A stretch of 64,000 nt of DNA from contig OZ249436.1 in NCBI GenBank assembly GCA_965235115.1, positions 34,472,001 to 34,536,000 on the forward strand, written 5' to 3'. Source of the DNA: Laetmonice hystrix (lineage: Eukaryota). The notes beneath the pieces are model-generated. The model saw only the letters and a list, made by a program, of their open reading frames with translations. It was not told the DNA's origin and did no database searches. The stretch's first letter is position 1. Each line of letters starts with the position of its first letter. Of this stretch, positions 51,500-64,000 are shown one piece after another. The position numbers were made by a program, and so were the translations under genes.

Positions 51500-54400
51500 T
51501 CTCAGAGCTTTAGCTCCTCAGTCCAACCCTCTGGTCGTGTTGTGAGGAGTCAAGCCATGTCAAGGTGGCCTGTTTTTGTACCGGATCGTCTATGTACGGT
51601 GGCTGGGTGTATAACGGCCAAGGGTTACACACACCGGGGAGGCGCCAGAGGTCTTGTCAGTATGAACTGGGCATGCAGATAGATACTATAGCTCTTTAAA
51701 TGTATACCCGGTACACCTTTAATGATATATCCCTATGATAACGTATGATTAGCTCTATCATTATGGTTATGACTGGTAATCATAAGTAGTCGGTAAGTAA
51801 TCACTGAGCCACGTGAAGCACTGCAGTAAAAGAAGCACTGGAGGAGACAGAAGGTCAATAGAAGAAACTGATCACGACGGGAAGGGATGATGAAGAGAAC
51901 CAACACCTTCTTTATGCAAATCAAAACAAACAAAAAACAAATCAATGCTAAAATATTGCATAAAATATGTTTGTATATGTTTTGGCATCATTGCGATAGT
52001 GAATTTGGAAGTGGAGACTGTGAGCTTGACGTTTCTTCACTCTTCAAACCCACACAGTCGTCTATTGATTAACTCTCCGGGTGTAGGCCCCTCATCATCA
52101 TTAGGGACCGAGAAGTTTTCTCCAACATAACTCTTCCACTGACTTAAGGGGGCTGGCATGCACCCAGATGCGCCACAGAGAAGACCTTGATTAGGCTCGT
52201 GCTCATTAAGTAACCCTATAATGATGTTTCTTCTAGGGCAACTGTTCAGGCGGCCTGTATAGCTTCAATCTACAGAGTCGTTTCTCTGCTTTCCTAATCA
52301 TCTTTTTCGTCACGCTCGCTGCTCGTTTTAAAATCCCTGCTCTAAAACTATACCCGTCGTTGGGGGTGATTTCTGAAAATTAGGCTTGATTGAGAAAGTA
52401 TTGAGAGTCCGTGTAATTAGTCAACGTCTTGGTATGCTATTTTCGGCCACCCATGTAGGATACTCGGTTCTCGGCATACAAATGACTGACTTTAAACCTT
52501 CACTGGTGGAAGGAAAACAGTATGGTTCTAAGTAGAGCCATGAAGAAGACGTAGAAAAATGATTGGGTGGCATGAAGCAGGTAGTGCTTACATCACGTTC
52601 ACACTCAAGGAGATGAGCAACGCTCTATAGTCAGTTTCTTTTTAGAAAAAAATATTTTTTATAGACTCATCTTCAAAATGATTATCCACGGGAAACATTT
52701 ATCTGGTGCGAAAATCCCATGATAGCGGTCCATATTCGATGATGTCTGCGAAGGTAGAGTTTCTTTTCCCTATAGAATAAATCATGTAAGACGGACGATA
52801 GCACTGCGCCTGACTGGTCGCCGGACACTGGGGTCTCGGCGGCCCGTGCCCCCGGCCTCTGCCGGCCCCGTGCCCCGGCGAGGTCCGGCCGCCAGCCCCG
52901 TCAAACGACGGTCATGGCGAGGACGGCCGGTGTCGGGACCCCGGCCGGCCGGCCCCGGTGGCCTCGGCTGGACGTCTGATTGGTCGTACCGGGTGAGGGT
53001 CGCTGGAGGCGGGCATACATCACGGCAGTCGCTCCGCTAATGGCCGGCCGAGGGGACAGAGCGCTGACCCGAGCTCGGCATCCACGGCCGCCTGAGGGTC
53101 GCCACTACTCCTACTTTCCATATACTACTGGCCAAGACTGGTGCAACGATGGCGGCAAGAAAATGACGCTACTGAAGACGTTGCTGATTATTTTTCTTTC
53201 ATCGAACCTAAAAAAAGGCTTTTCTTCAACCAAAGATGAAATTATTGTGGTCTTTTTAAGAACATGTATAGCTCATAATACGCACTGTATTAATATGATT
53301 TATTATCAGCCAAAACATAATTGACCACAAAAACGTCCTATGGATATGGAAATGACCTACTTCCAAAAAATCTTTAAAAAGTGGGCCTTTCAAAAAGGTC
53401 AACAGAAGCAAAAATAACTGCAACAACAACACAAGACCTTCAGACCCCGTAGTCCTTAATAATTACAAAATGATTTTTATAAGTATTTTAAGCACCGGTC
53501 GCCAACCCCGTTTTAAGACACGCCACTGTTAAAGTTACTGTTAAGTGAGACTTTAGGAGATTACCGACCAAATTCTCACAAGGCATGCAAACTTCTGTAT
53601 AATGCCAAAATGTTACTGGCCTATAAATAGCTTTTCGAACATATAATGTCATGAGGATCTCATGACTATAATTTTTTTAAAGTTCTTTGCAAATGATGAG
53701 AAGGTGAACTTTATTTTTCACCGTTGTGGCAGAGAGATTTGGTGTGAAAACGATCCATTTGGTCAAAAAGGACCCGTGGCAATGTTTCGTTGAAACTCAG
53801 ATAGTTCTTGAACCGAAAAAGGTCAGTTTTGTTCAAGTGTTTTGTCCAACAGGAACATGCCTCATCTCCAATATTTAAGCTGAACCCCCCACCCCCACCC
53901 CCACCCCCAAAAACACCGCATAGATCTTCTATAAACTTTGATAGACTGACGACATGAAATAAAAGTCGTAAGAACGTCAATGACATTTAAACTTGACACA
54001 TTAAAATGCGTCCTTAAACAACCAATTCCGTCTAAAACCGAATCTGCAGTACTCTCAATGATTTCAGATTAGGACTGTACATGATCAGTTCACGAAAGCA
54101 GCAAGAAACTCTAATCCTATTGTTACAAAAGTTAGTATATTGTCAAGTGACGAATCCAAAAGTCAGACAAAGTTTACTGAACGGCGTCAAAGGCTTGCCA
54201 GCAGAAGTCCTGAGTGAATGATATTCTAGACTTATTTGTATTGGTTCACTGCTCGGCCAATTGTGTCTGCTTCGTATTAGCAAAAAAGAATCTCTCCAGA
54301 GAATATGGAAGGCGGGTGGTACACATCATTGGCAAAAATAAACACACAGGGAAAATAGAAAGTTTAATATCGAGGGTCTCATATATATAAACCACCGCGG

Positions 54401-56972
54401 GCAGTTTTAGGCACAACCGGTGTGCCTGTTGATAATGAATTTTATCAAAAGACAAAGGGAAATGTCTGACAAAGCACTGAAATCCCGTATACACTACTTT
54501 ACTAATAACAAAAAAAGGTGTCTTCAAGCCCTCGCACGTGTCAAATACCGCATTTTACATCACAATCAAAATTACAGCTGTTCGCTGCGCTGGCATTAAT
54601 TTCACATATATCAAAAGGGGATGAGTCGATCTCCTTTGTAATGTAATGTAATCCATTTCACTCCGATCGTGTATACGTCCACTGCCTATTGCCTCTCGCA
54701 AGTCTTGTTCCGTCGGCAGATGCAATTTCAGACTGCTTTTTTTTGTTTTTACGAAACGACTGGGACTGTATGGCCGCCTCAAGGACTTTAAATGTCGAAT
54801 CGTGTTGCAGACACCCTTTGTGTATAGCTTTTGTTATTTGTGACACGTTTTATCAAAACACTGGTGTGGGACTAGACAGGGGTAAGCTGATCTCGGAAGA
54901 AAGATGGAGCATGCACCTAAGCAGGTTCACGTTGCCACTCGTCCCCCTTGCAGCCGTTCTTCCTGTCCCAATGCTTTTCAAAAGGAAGAGGCCTTATACA
55001 TGACAATGTTCGTCTTTCAGAGCTGGACTTTCCAAAGACGGTGGCCCCTCGGTTATCGTCAATCCTTGGCGGTCAATGGAGGACAGAGTAAGAATATACA
55101 ATGGCGTTGATGGTTAGAGATCCTGGGAGGATTTATGGCCTGTTCTCACCCACTTACCTCATTAACTCCGTAACAAAGAAAACATTCAATGTCGGCAACG
55201 TACAGGGTTCATATCTCCTAAACATGTTGTCTGCACGGCATTGACAAAACAGGTCCTCAATGTGGGAGGGGTAGTAGAAAAAAAGTGGCAGGTATCTTTG
55301 CGCTGAGGACAACGTTATTATATCGGCTTTTATATGGACAAGAATAAAGATGATAAGGATACAAGTATAGGAAGAGAGGGTGAATTACGTAGTTTATAGG
55401 CATTGGCCGTGTGGGTGGGGTCGCACGCCCCTTGTGTATTTGTCATGGATGCGTGTGTGTATACGGGGACAGAGACCGGAGTGAAGGGGAGGTGGGGGGC
55501 AGGGCGCCGTTTTGACAGCATGATCCTCAAAGCGACCGCACCCTATTGATGTACAGGTGTAAATTTCGCGGAGCCAGAAGATGTCAGAGCAAGGCCAAGA
55601 GGTCGGGCGCTAACCATTTCCCGCCTTGACATCGGGATCATCCCAAATGGCTGCAAATGAGGAGGACTGTCTTTTATGTCTCTCTGTGACCGAGCCCCGG
55701 TTGTTTGTGGTGCGGCTGGCGGCTGGCGCACGATCTTGACCCCGGTGTGAGGCATGGTGAGCCCGCCGGGGCGAGACCGTGCACCGCCACATCCACATAC
55801 ACGACACTCTCACATCAAAGGCAACCTCCTTTATCCCACCCCCGACCGCCGACATGCACTCTCTCAACCAGAAAGCCACTCTGATCACCTGCAGACCATG
55901 CCATCGACGCAACCAGAACGGATTTTTTCCCCTTTGGTTTTTGATGCTCGGCAAGTGCAAGCGGTGACTGCGCGGGGATTGTGACACGGGGGCGGGGCAG
56001 GGGACGGCAGGCGACTCGGGGAGCATTCTCAACCAGACCCCGGATCAATGCCGCGCTACTTGACGACGGATCCGTCAGCGGGGCACACACCGCTGATCTT
56101 ACCCCGGAGCAGATGTCCGGTGACCCGGGGCGACGCGGGTCAGGACCTCCCGTTCTCAGATCACAAACCTTAGTTCTCTGTCTGTCACTATCGGGAGGGT
56201 AAAAGTTCTTATTGACCATCATGATAGTTCTTGATAGGGTTAATATCCATTAGGGGAGTTAACAGGTGGAACTCCACAATGTCGATATTGGTTCTTACAA
56301 TGGGCTATCCAATGAAACCATGACATAATCGCTAAAACAGGTTATCCTCATCATAGCCCTGACATATTCACACATGTAACTGTAACATTTTTTTTATATT
56401 TATATTATTTGACTAAAGCCACAAGAAGAATTACACAGGAGCAGGGACTGATTTCTTATAGTGTCGACTCAACCTGAAATGAACAACCGTTGGATAAATT
56501 ACGACGGCCAATTGCGAGACTTACATGGGAACGTGTTGAAACAGTTTGATGGGGAATTATGAGAGTTGATTACCGCGCTGTCCAACGTTAATTTATGTCG
56601 GAGGCATTCACGCAACGTCCACATTCTCCATCTCATGTATAGGGGAGAAGATGGTTAACATGAATTTTGTGTCCACTTGCATTTATATATCGAAAGAGAC
56701 ACCCATGCAAATTATTCCTATGCGATATCATCAAGAGAAAATTGCGTTACATAATTGGCACCTTTGTTATCCTAAATTGCTCCATCGTATTTTGCTAATT
56801 TGCAAATTGTAACATAAAAATGGGCTGTCACAAACTAAAGGAGGTGTTATATTTAGGGTACATTTAACAAGGCATGACAAATGTTAGAGGACTATGGGTA
56901 TGGCTGGTAACCTGAGAGGTATAGAAAGGGCAGACCATAGTTTGTTACATGGGGTCTTATAGAGATCATGCG

Positions 56973-56975
<3 letters not shown>

Positions 56976-57031
<56 letters not shown>

Positions 57032-57042
57032 TCTCTCTCTCT
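56976..57042. repeat. (CT)n microsatellite
   Basis: Direct reading. Confidence 0.95.
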
Positions 57043-57092
57043 GTAAGTTAGAGGGTTGGATGGAAATTCAAATATGTACGGTCAGTATGTGA

Positions 57093-57130
57093 AAATTGTA
57101 CCTACAAAATGTATATTGTAGGTACAATTT
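57093..57130. repeat. Perfect 15-bp inverted repeat with 8-nt loop
   Basis: AAATTGTACCTACAA (57093-57107) and TTGTAGGTACAATTT (57116-57130). Confidence 0.9.
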
Positions 57131-57154
57131 ACCATACAGAACATTATAATATCT

Positions 57155-57606
57155 CGTGTAACCTTGGTGGGTACACGTGGGCTCACTTTATAATCTCTGC
57201 TCTCACTTCATTATACGTGTAACCTTGGTGGGCACACGTGGGCTCACTTTATAATCTCTGCTCTCACTTCATTATACGTGTAACCTTGGTGGGCACACGT
57301 GGGCTCACTTTATTATCTCTGCTCTCACTTCATTATACGTGTAACCTTGGTCGGTACATGTGGGCTCACTTTATAATCTCTGCTCTCACTACATTATACG
57401 TGTAACCTTGGTGGGTACACGTGGGCTGTTATGTAACCTTGGTGGGTACACGTGGGCTCACTTTATAATCTCTGCCCTCACTTCATTATACGCGTAACCT
57501 TGGTGGGCACACGTGGGCTCACTTTATAATCTCTGCTCTCACTTCATTATACGTGTAACCTTGGTGGGTACACGTGGGCTCAATCTCTGCTCTCACTTCA
57601 TTATAC
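57155..57606. repeat. Minisatellite, about 7 copies of a 61-bp unit
   Basis: Unit CGTGTAACCTTGGTGGGTACACGTGGGCTCACTTTATAATCTCTGCTCTCACTTCATTATA, with two truncated copies. Confidence 0.95.
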
Positions 57607-57811
57607 CTTCGGAATTCACCTGGTTTGTGTTCAACTTACAGAATGACACCAACAATCGAGTTGGTTTTATGTTAACGTTGTTATACATTTAGTGTGAATA
57701 AAAGTGTTATGAAAACACCGTGAGAGTGGAGAAGTTACCTTCCCAATAGAAGGGATATACTACATGTACATGTGTATATACAATTTACATATAGGGAAAC
57801 AATCACAAATG

Positions 57812-59004
57812 CTCACCTGTTGTACGTGTGTTATGATAGTTGAAAGTCCCGCTATGGGGAGTGTAAAGTCGGTTCTCACCTGTTGTATGTGTGTTATGAT
57901 AGTTGAAAGTCCCGCTATGGGGAGTGTAAAGTCGGTTCTCACCTGTTGTATGTGTGTTATGATAGTTGAAAGTCCCGCTATGGGGAGTGTAAAGTCGGTT
58001 CTCACCTTGTATATGTGTTATGATAGTTGAAAGTCCCGCTATGGGGAGTGTAAAGTCGGTTCTCACCTGTTGTACGTGTGTTATGATAGTTGAAAGTCCC
58101 GCTATGGGGAGTGTAAAGTCGGTTCTCACCTGTTGTATGTGTGTTATGATAGTTGAAAGTCCCGCTATGGGGAGTGTAAAGTCGGTTCTCACCTGTTGTA
58201 TGTGTGTTATGATAGTTGAAAGTCCCGCTATGGGGAGTGCAAAGTCGATTCTCACCTGTTGTATGTGTGTTATGATAGTTGAAAGTCCCGCTATGGGGAG
58301 TGTAAAGTCGGGTCTCACCTGTTGTACGTGTGTTATGATAGTTGAAAGTCCCGCTATGGGGAGTGTAAAGTCGGTTCTCACCTGTTGTACGTGTGTTATG
58401 ATAGTTGAAAGTCCCGCTATGGGGAGTGTAAAGTCGGTTCTCACCTGTTGTACGTGTGTTATGATAGTTGAAAGTCCCGCTATGGCGAGTGTGAAGTCGG
58501 TTCTCACCTGTTGTATGTGTGTTATGATAGTTGAAAGTCCCACTATGGGGAGAGTAAAGTCGGTTCTCACCTGTTGTACGTGTGTTATGATAGTTGAAAG
58601 TCCCGCTATGGGGAGTGTAAAGTCGGGTCTCACCTGTTGTACGTGTGTTATGATAGTTGAAAGTCCCGCTATGGGGAGTGTAAAGTCGGTTCTCACCTGT
58701 TGTATGTGTGTTATGATAGTTGAAAGTCCCGCTATGGGGAGTGTAAAGTCGGGTCTCACCTGTTGTATGTGTGTTATGATAGTTGAATGTCCCGCTATGG
58801 GGAGTGTAAAGTCGGGTCTCACCTGTTGTATGTGTGTTATGATAGTTGAAAGTCCCGCTATGGGGAGTGTAGAGTCGGTTCTCACCTGTTTTGTTGTGTT
58901 ATGATAGTTGAAAGTCCCGCTATGGGGAGTGTAAAGTCGGTTCTCACCTGTTGTATTGTGTTATGATAGTTGAAAGTCCCGCTATGGGGAGTGTAAAGTC
59001 AGTT
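57812..59004. repeat. Minisatellite, about 19 copies of a 63-bp unit
   Basis: Unit CTCACCTGTTGTA(T/C)GTGTGTTATGATAGTTGAAAGTCCCGCTATGGGGAGTGTAAAGTCGG(T/G)T. Confidence 0.97.
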
Positions 59005-62000
59005 CCAGTCGTTCCAGAGATGGCGGCACCACCATACATGGACAGGTGTGTCGCTGCTACCACACCGCCACCTATCGACCATCTCACAGACAAAATACCA
59101 TCCTTCATTAGGCTAATTAATGCTTGGTGATAACTGATCGGCTTAGTCAATGCACTGTACCGCTCTCCTATGTATTCTTTCATACTTTTGATTTGATCTC
59201 TTTTACAAAATGCAATGGACAGCTGTGGATATTTGATTAAATATACAAGTTAGTTAAGAGAACCAACCTCGTGTGAACACACAGGTCACAAATCCAATCA
59301 CAACTCCCATTTTTTTGAATCATTTGATGCTATATAAATTTGCACGCATGTTTGCAAATATCAGCAACATTATATGAAATAAAGCTCTATATTTAGAAAC
59401 ATATAAGCAATCCCTAAAGAACCATGTATTTCGCCTGGATCTGGCCTCATCTCGTTGTTGCGTGCATGCCTGATCGCCTTTTAAAAACAACGTTGTTGCT
59501 GTAACCTTAGTGACCTCACCTAGGCACCCTGAATGCTCTTTGTAAAGGGCGAACCCATCTCGGTTTGGGCAGAGAACCGTGAGATCCCAAATGACCCGGA
59601 CCACCACCCCCTACGGCCGGGGTGGAGGGGGGGGGGGGGGTACGCCCCGACCTTTTGCCCCGGCCCCTCTCCACGCTCCGTGATCCGGTGATGGAGCGTT
59701 CCGCGCACCTGAGGCCGAGGTACTGCACCTGTACGTGCCCTCCCCTGTCGTCACCGCCACCACCGCCGCTAGTGGTGGTGGTGGTGTGGCGGCGGCCCAC
59801 ACGGCCCTGAGAGGGCGTCTGCCGCCCTGGCCCTCCGCCCGCCCTCCACTGCCTCTCCCCTCCACCTAACGCTGATGGTACAATTGGGCGTCGCTCAGAG
59901 GGCATGATAGCGAGCGTCGCCACCGCCGAACAGAGAAAAAAAACACAAGAGAAAAGTCGGGCTGTCTTGCTTTGGGGATGCTCAGGTGACGGGCCTGCGG
60001 TAGCTTCCCCCAATTAGGTACATTAGCGGTAGACCACGCCACCGCACGCACACTCATCCCATGCCTCGTGGCTCTGATCAGCCACAAAACCCTGGCGACT
60101 TGCCGACCAACCCTGAGCCTACCTTTTGTCACCGGAGATCGGCCACAACAATAGACAGGAGGCAAAACGGTAAAACGGACAAGCAAACGCTAAACAAAGG
60201 AGATCAAAAGGTGAGGGGAAGGAGGAATAAAAAGGGCAGGGGAAACCGAAACGTGTTGGGAGGGGTGGGGGTGGGGGTGGTAGGGTAAAGTAACGAGTAG
60301 CTAGCTGTACTGATTGCCGCAGTTCGACCATGGGAGCGGCGGTTGTGGTCTGGCCCTAATTGTTCCTGTCCACAACGGTGAACATTGTAGAGAGTGAGCT
60401 CAGGTGCAGCTCGCCATTAACGGATGATATAAGTGCGTGCAATAAGCACTGAACACTGTAGCTTTGTCATTTAAGGTATAACCCGCAGCCCTTATCAGTT
60501 TTCTATCAAGGTGTGGCCCTGCGGTATATTAAGAGCGAACAAAGAGCTTATCGCACAACGAGTCATGGTGGAGCGAAATGAATAATGGCCCAGAACTTTA
60601 ACTAATAAGTTACCCGACCTTACCAACATACATCATCCATGCCCCTCTTCCTGTATACCGACCAAAGTCGGCTTCAACCCATGCAGCACGCACAATGTAT
60701 GCATTTACTCTAATGGTATGAAATTTCATACGATATATATTTATTACATATCGTGCTGACATCATATGTATTGTCTTGTTATCCAGGGCAGAAGCGGACT
60801 AGAAATAAGTTATACTTCTCTTGATAATGATAATGATGATGATTATTAGTATTATTAGTATTATTATTTTCGACCCAATAGCTGGGGTCAGAGATAAGTG
60901 TAAACAAGAAGATGTGGCCCCTTTCTAGTTGATATGATGTTCGCATGCTGTCAGCCCCCGTGCCGCCCCAGTTCGGCGGCCTCTTGCTCCGCGCTGCATT
61001 GCTTTGTCATCGGCTAGCATTGTGTCGACCCATCTGACGTAACACTGGGTCGAGACCGATTGTCATGGCGACGCCTATCGGAAAAACCTGGTGCAGGGCC
61101 AGGCGCTGTTGTCACGCAGCCCTGGATCAAATGGCATGACAAGCACGTCACAAGGCGCAAGGCCTGTCCAGATACAGGCACCCGGCTCGTGGCTTATACC
61201 ACTGGGCAGGTCGCTGCGACAGGGGACAGCGAATGACGCCTCAAACCATCAAATCTGTCGGCAAAAATAATAAACAAGAGTGGCTCTTGTTAGGGGTGGA
61301 ATTTGGAGTGAGGGCATGGAGGTGGGGGTGAGTGAGGGGGGGGGGGGGGTTCTGTCAGCTTTTAGGGGACAACAATTAAGGCCAGCACATGTTACTGTAA
61401 GACCTTGTCCGGAAGTGATAGCAGGTGCGACTGGCGGCTTGCTCTATGAATAATAACGCTATGACTTCGTTGGAAGTTCTGCAAGTTCTTGGAACAGGGA
61501 GTTTTCGGGTCAGTGTATTCATTTAAATATGCCCCCACAGGGGGTGTTACTCTAGGAACAAGAGGAAGATCAATTGGTGTCTTTGGGGCGGCGGCAGAAA
61601 ATGGCAATTCGTGGCTGCTTCTGTGTGAAAGTTATTATGTATGCCTGCTACAAAATCAACTTTCTATATACTACTGACTCCCGTTCCCTGTTGATTAACT
61701 TCCCAGTTTTCTTGGCCTATCATACTGGTACCACCATCAACAGCGGTTTCACTTGTGTATGGCGGGCTAACAGATTAAATGACGGAAGAGAAAGAAAAGA
61801 AAAGAAGATTCGCTGTCATGATAACATCATGATCACACCGAAAAAAATGACCCTTGGATCTAAAAAAAATCCCATTCTTTCCTCCTTGTATACAACATTA
61901 TATTACTGCGGTGGATATGTTACTCTATACAACGGTTCCTCTTTGAGCACAATGTATGCTGTGTCCCTTCCTTCCACCGGTGTATCCGTATAGTACATGT

Positions 62001-63173
62001 AGTTTAGCCTGTGCCATTAGCGTCCAGTATTTGCGGGTGTAGGCTCTTGTTACCCGAACGCTAGGGGCACATTACCGAACTGGTGGCCGGGTTCTGGTGG
62101 TGCTGGTGGTGCTGGTGGTTGGGGGGTAATTCAAACGGCGGTATGGCACGCGTTCCCCGGTCACTGTCATGGCATAGTCTACCATCCGATCATCTATGTA
62201 ATTGCCCTCTTCATGACCAGATTACCTCCGTACTAATTGTGCCCGTTTGGATCGACCCCCTGGGACAGTATATGCTGACCTATAGGTTACGTACGTTCAT
62301 GGCAGGCCCAGCATCTCTGGATAAAGGGCCACAACATTTAACTTTTTTCCACAGTGGAGCGATTAAACTTCAAATATATTAATTTGGCGTACTGAATCCC
62401 CATTCTGGTGGAAAATTAGCCTAATAAAAAACGTCCTTGATTAACTGAGCATCATAGGTTGGGTCATACATTCCATGATAAAACTCCAAGGTACACCATT
62501 AAAATTTCTCCTGCACACTGAGGGCACAATCAGCAGGATTCTGTTCGTTACGAACTGTGTAACCTTTATGTGAATGCCAACTCCGAGTCGTGACTGTCTT
62601 GTCTTTTTGACACGCCGTAATTGCGGCATACATCACGGCGTACGGTGGAGGGCATGGCTTTTTTCGCAGCCCGGATTGCCACAAAACGAAAAGGCTGCGA
62701 CATGAATGCGGTTTGCGACACAGAGGCTTCAGGGTGGCCAATTGGAGGGGGTGGATCTTGTCCAATTAGCGGCCAGGCCTTGCTCATTTGAGAGTGATTT
62801 GATCAGGCCACAGCCGGCACTCCTGACCAAAGGTCGGTCCGGGGAAACAGCTAGCAGGCAGCCAGGGATCTTAATGCCAGGCGGTGACGGCTGTGTACGT
62901 GACCAGTCTGCTGCAGGTCTGACTGCCCTCCAACTGGGCCCCATCCAAACTTTGTCTCGGAAAACATTAGGTCAGTCTGCGTAAGTCTACCATCAGGCGT
63001 TTGGTCGTGATCTTAGGGTTAAGACGTTACATTTTATTCAAATTGTTTAGATCGATGAAAATATATAGACCGATAGTATGTGTGCGTGCATATCTTGTTT
63101 ATGCTTGTATATATACCGGTATGTATGACCCAAGGTTGTATGTTTTGATCGTCCTCTGCATAGTGTATATAAT

Positions 63174-63254
63174 TAGTCCTACCTTCTTTCTTCAAGAAAG
63201 ACCAAAAAGTATAGCCCTACCTTCTTTCTTCAAGAAAGACCAAAAAATATAGCC
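63174..63254. repeat. Tandem duplication, 2 x 38 bp with internal hairpin
   Basis: CCTACCTTCTTTCTTCAAGAAAGACCAAAA at 63178 and 63216; TCTTTCTT-C-AAGAAAGA is an inverted repeat. Confidence 0.9.
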
Positions 63255-63428
63255 ATTCGACTACAGAAAGAACCTACACTTGAATGGGATACCAATGCAC
63301 ACAATGCCCCTAAGTGACGCTTGTGAAAGGTAGGTGCATGTAGGCTGTAGACAGCCTATAAGTGGGCCCTATAAGTTAGCGTGAACTTAGATCCGAGCGT
63401 CGTTGTTGAGACCCATCGAAGCGGACCA

Positions 63429-63442
63429 CTGCCCCCCGCTGG
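63429..63442 (-). promoter_or_regulatory. CTCF-like motif
   Basis: The minus strand reads CCAGCGGGGGGCAG, 13/14 to CCASYAGRKGGCRS. Confidence 0.3.
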
Positions 63443-63695
63443 AGGAAATGCCTGGATTCACTTGGGTCCCTCTGTCGCTAACCTGTTGACATGGCTGCAT
63501 ACACCCTTGACAGTTACACGCATGTCACATCAATCCAGCATTAATCACAGCAGCCGGCAACAGCGAACGGAGAGAGCGGGTGCAAGTCGACCCCTTCGGG
63601 TGCCCCAGTTTTGATGACGAAATTGGTGAGCGCACTATTTATAGTGACGTAACCACAACATCCTATCGACTGGGTCCCTGAAGGGACTCGGGGAT

Positions 63696-63780
63696 GAATC
63701 ATGACTTGTTAATATAACATGGGGATGTTTCCACGAGAATCATGACTTGTTAATATAACATGGGGATGTTTCCACGAGAA
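63696..63780. repeat. Tandem duplication, 2 x 41 bp
   Basis: GAATCATGACTTGTTAATATAACATGGGGATGTTTCCACGA at 63696 and 63737. Confidence 0.92.
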
Positions 63781-64000
63781 GGCCAGCATGGGTTCTGTTT
63801 GTCAGTTTCTGAACGGGCTATGCATACAATATATGATATGGCATGCTCTGTGAAGGTTGTGTAATTATTTTCTTTCAGATTTAACTCATCAGCGTGTAGC
63901 TATAACCTGCATGATTGCAGGGTATTCTGGCACAGATACTCTGAAAGTGTTTCATTAGTACAATTTGTGGACGTGTATCCGGCCCATATAAAACGAGAGT

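Noticed and set aside
53330-53528. Segment ending ACGCCACTG, like the right end of CAGTGGCGT-type MITEs
   Set aside because: No left TIR or TSD was found.
57803-58904. 360-aa (-) and 294-aa (+) ORFs with 21-aa repeats
   Set aside because: These are stop-free readings of a 63-bp unit on both strands. A shortened unit near 58005-58020 shifts the frame, which argues against coding constraint.
60488-60510. Partial match to the reverse complement of miR-184 (GCCCTTATCAGTT)
   Set aside because: The seed region does not match and there is no hairpin partner. Similar partial matches to let-7 (~33976), miR-745 (~3590, ~43100) and miR-252 (~44661) were rejected because they lack either the seed or the remainder of the mature sequence.
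1-64000. Apparent abundance of TTTATGG (Cdx/posterior Hox), ATCAAAG (TCF) and ATTAGAC motifs suggesting a Hox-cluster setting
   Set aside because: Rough counts by eye are close to what base composition predicts, and no homeobox, miR-10 or miR-993 sequence was found.

Overview
Eukaryotic, apparently animal (invertebrate-like) genomic DNA from a scaffolded assembly with three N-gaps (9219-9389, 14811-14976, 24039-24186). I found no protein-coding gene, rRNA, tRNA or CRISPR array that I can support. The long ORFs in the track are stop-free readings of tandem repeats, low-complexity GC-rich DNA or N-gaps. The window alternates AT-rich stretches with about 20 short CpG/GC-rich blocks, which is suggestive of a non-coding regulatory region. 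It is punctuated by minisatellite arrays (82/86, 27, 26, 36, 21-22, 40, 48, 35, 61 and 63 bp units), microsatellites, many poly-G/C tracts and several palindromic or non-autonomous DNA-transposon-like elements. The clearest structures are: (i) a 211-bp MITE with perfect 24-bp TIRs and a 3-bp TSD inserted into a 35-bp array; (ii) a TTAA-flanked Kolobok-like element; (iii) a ~155-bp foldback; (iv) a shared GACCCATC-N-GTGG motif linking two otherwise different arrays 26 kb apart and a solitary copy, with one array enclosed by 60-bp direct repeats and the other by inverted copies of the motif. No previously undescribed system can be demonstrated from sequence alone. The motif-linked array family is the best lead.
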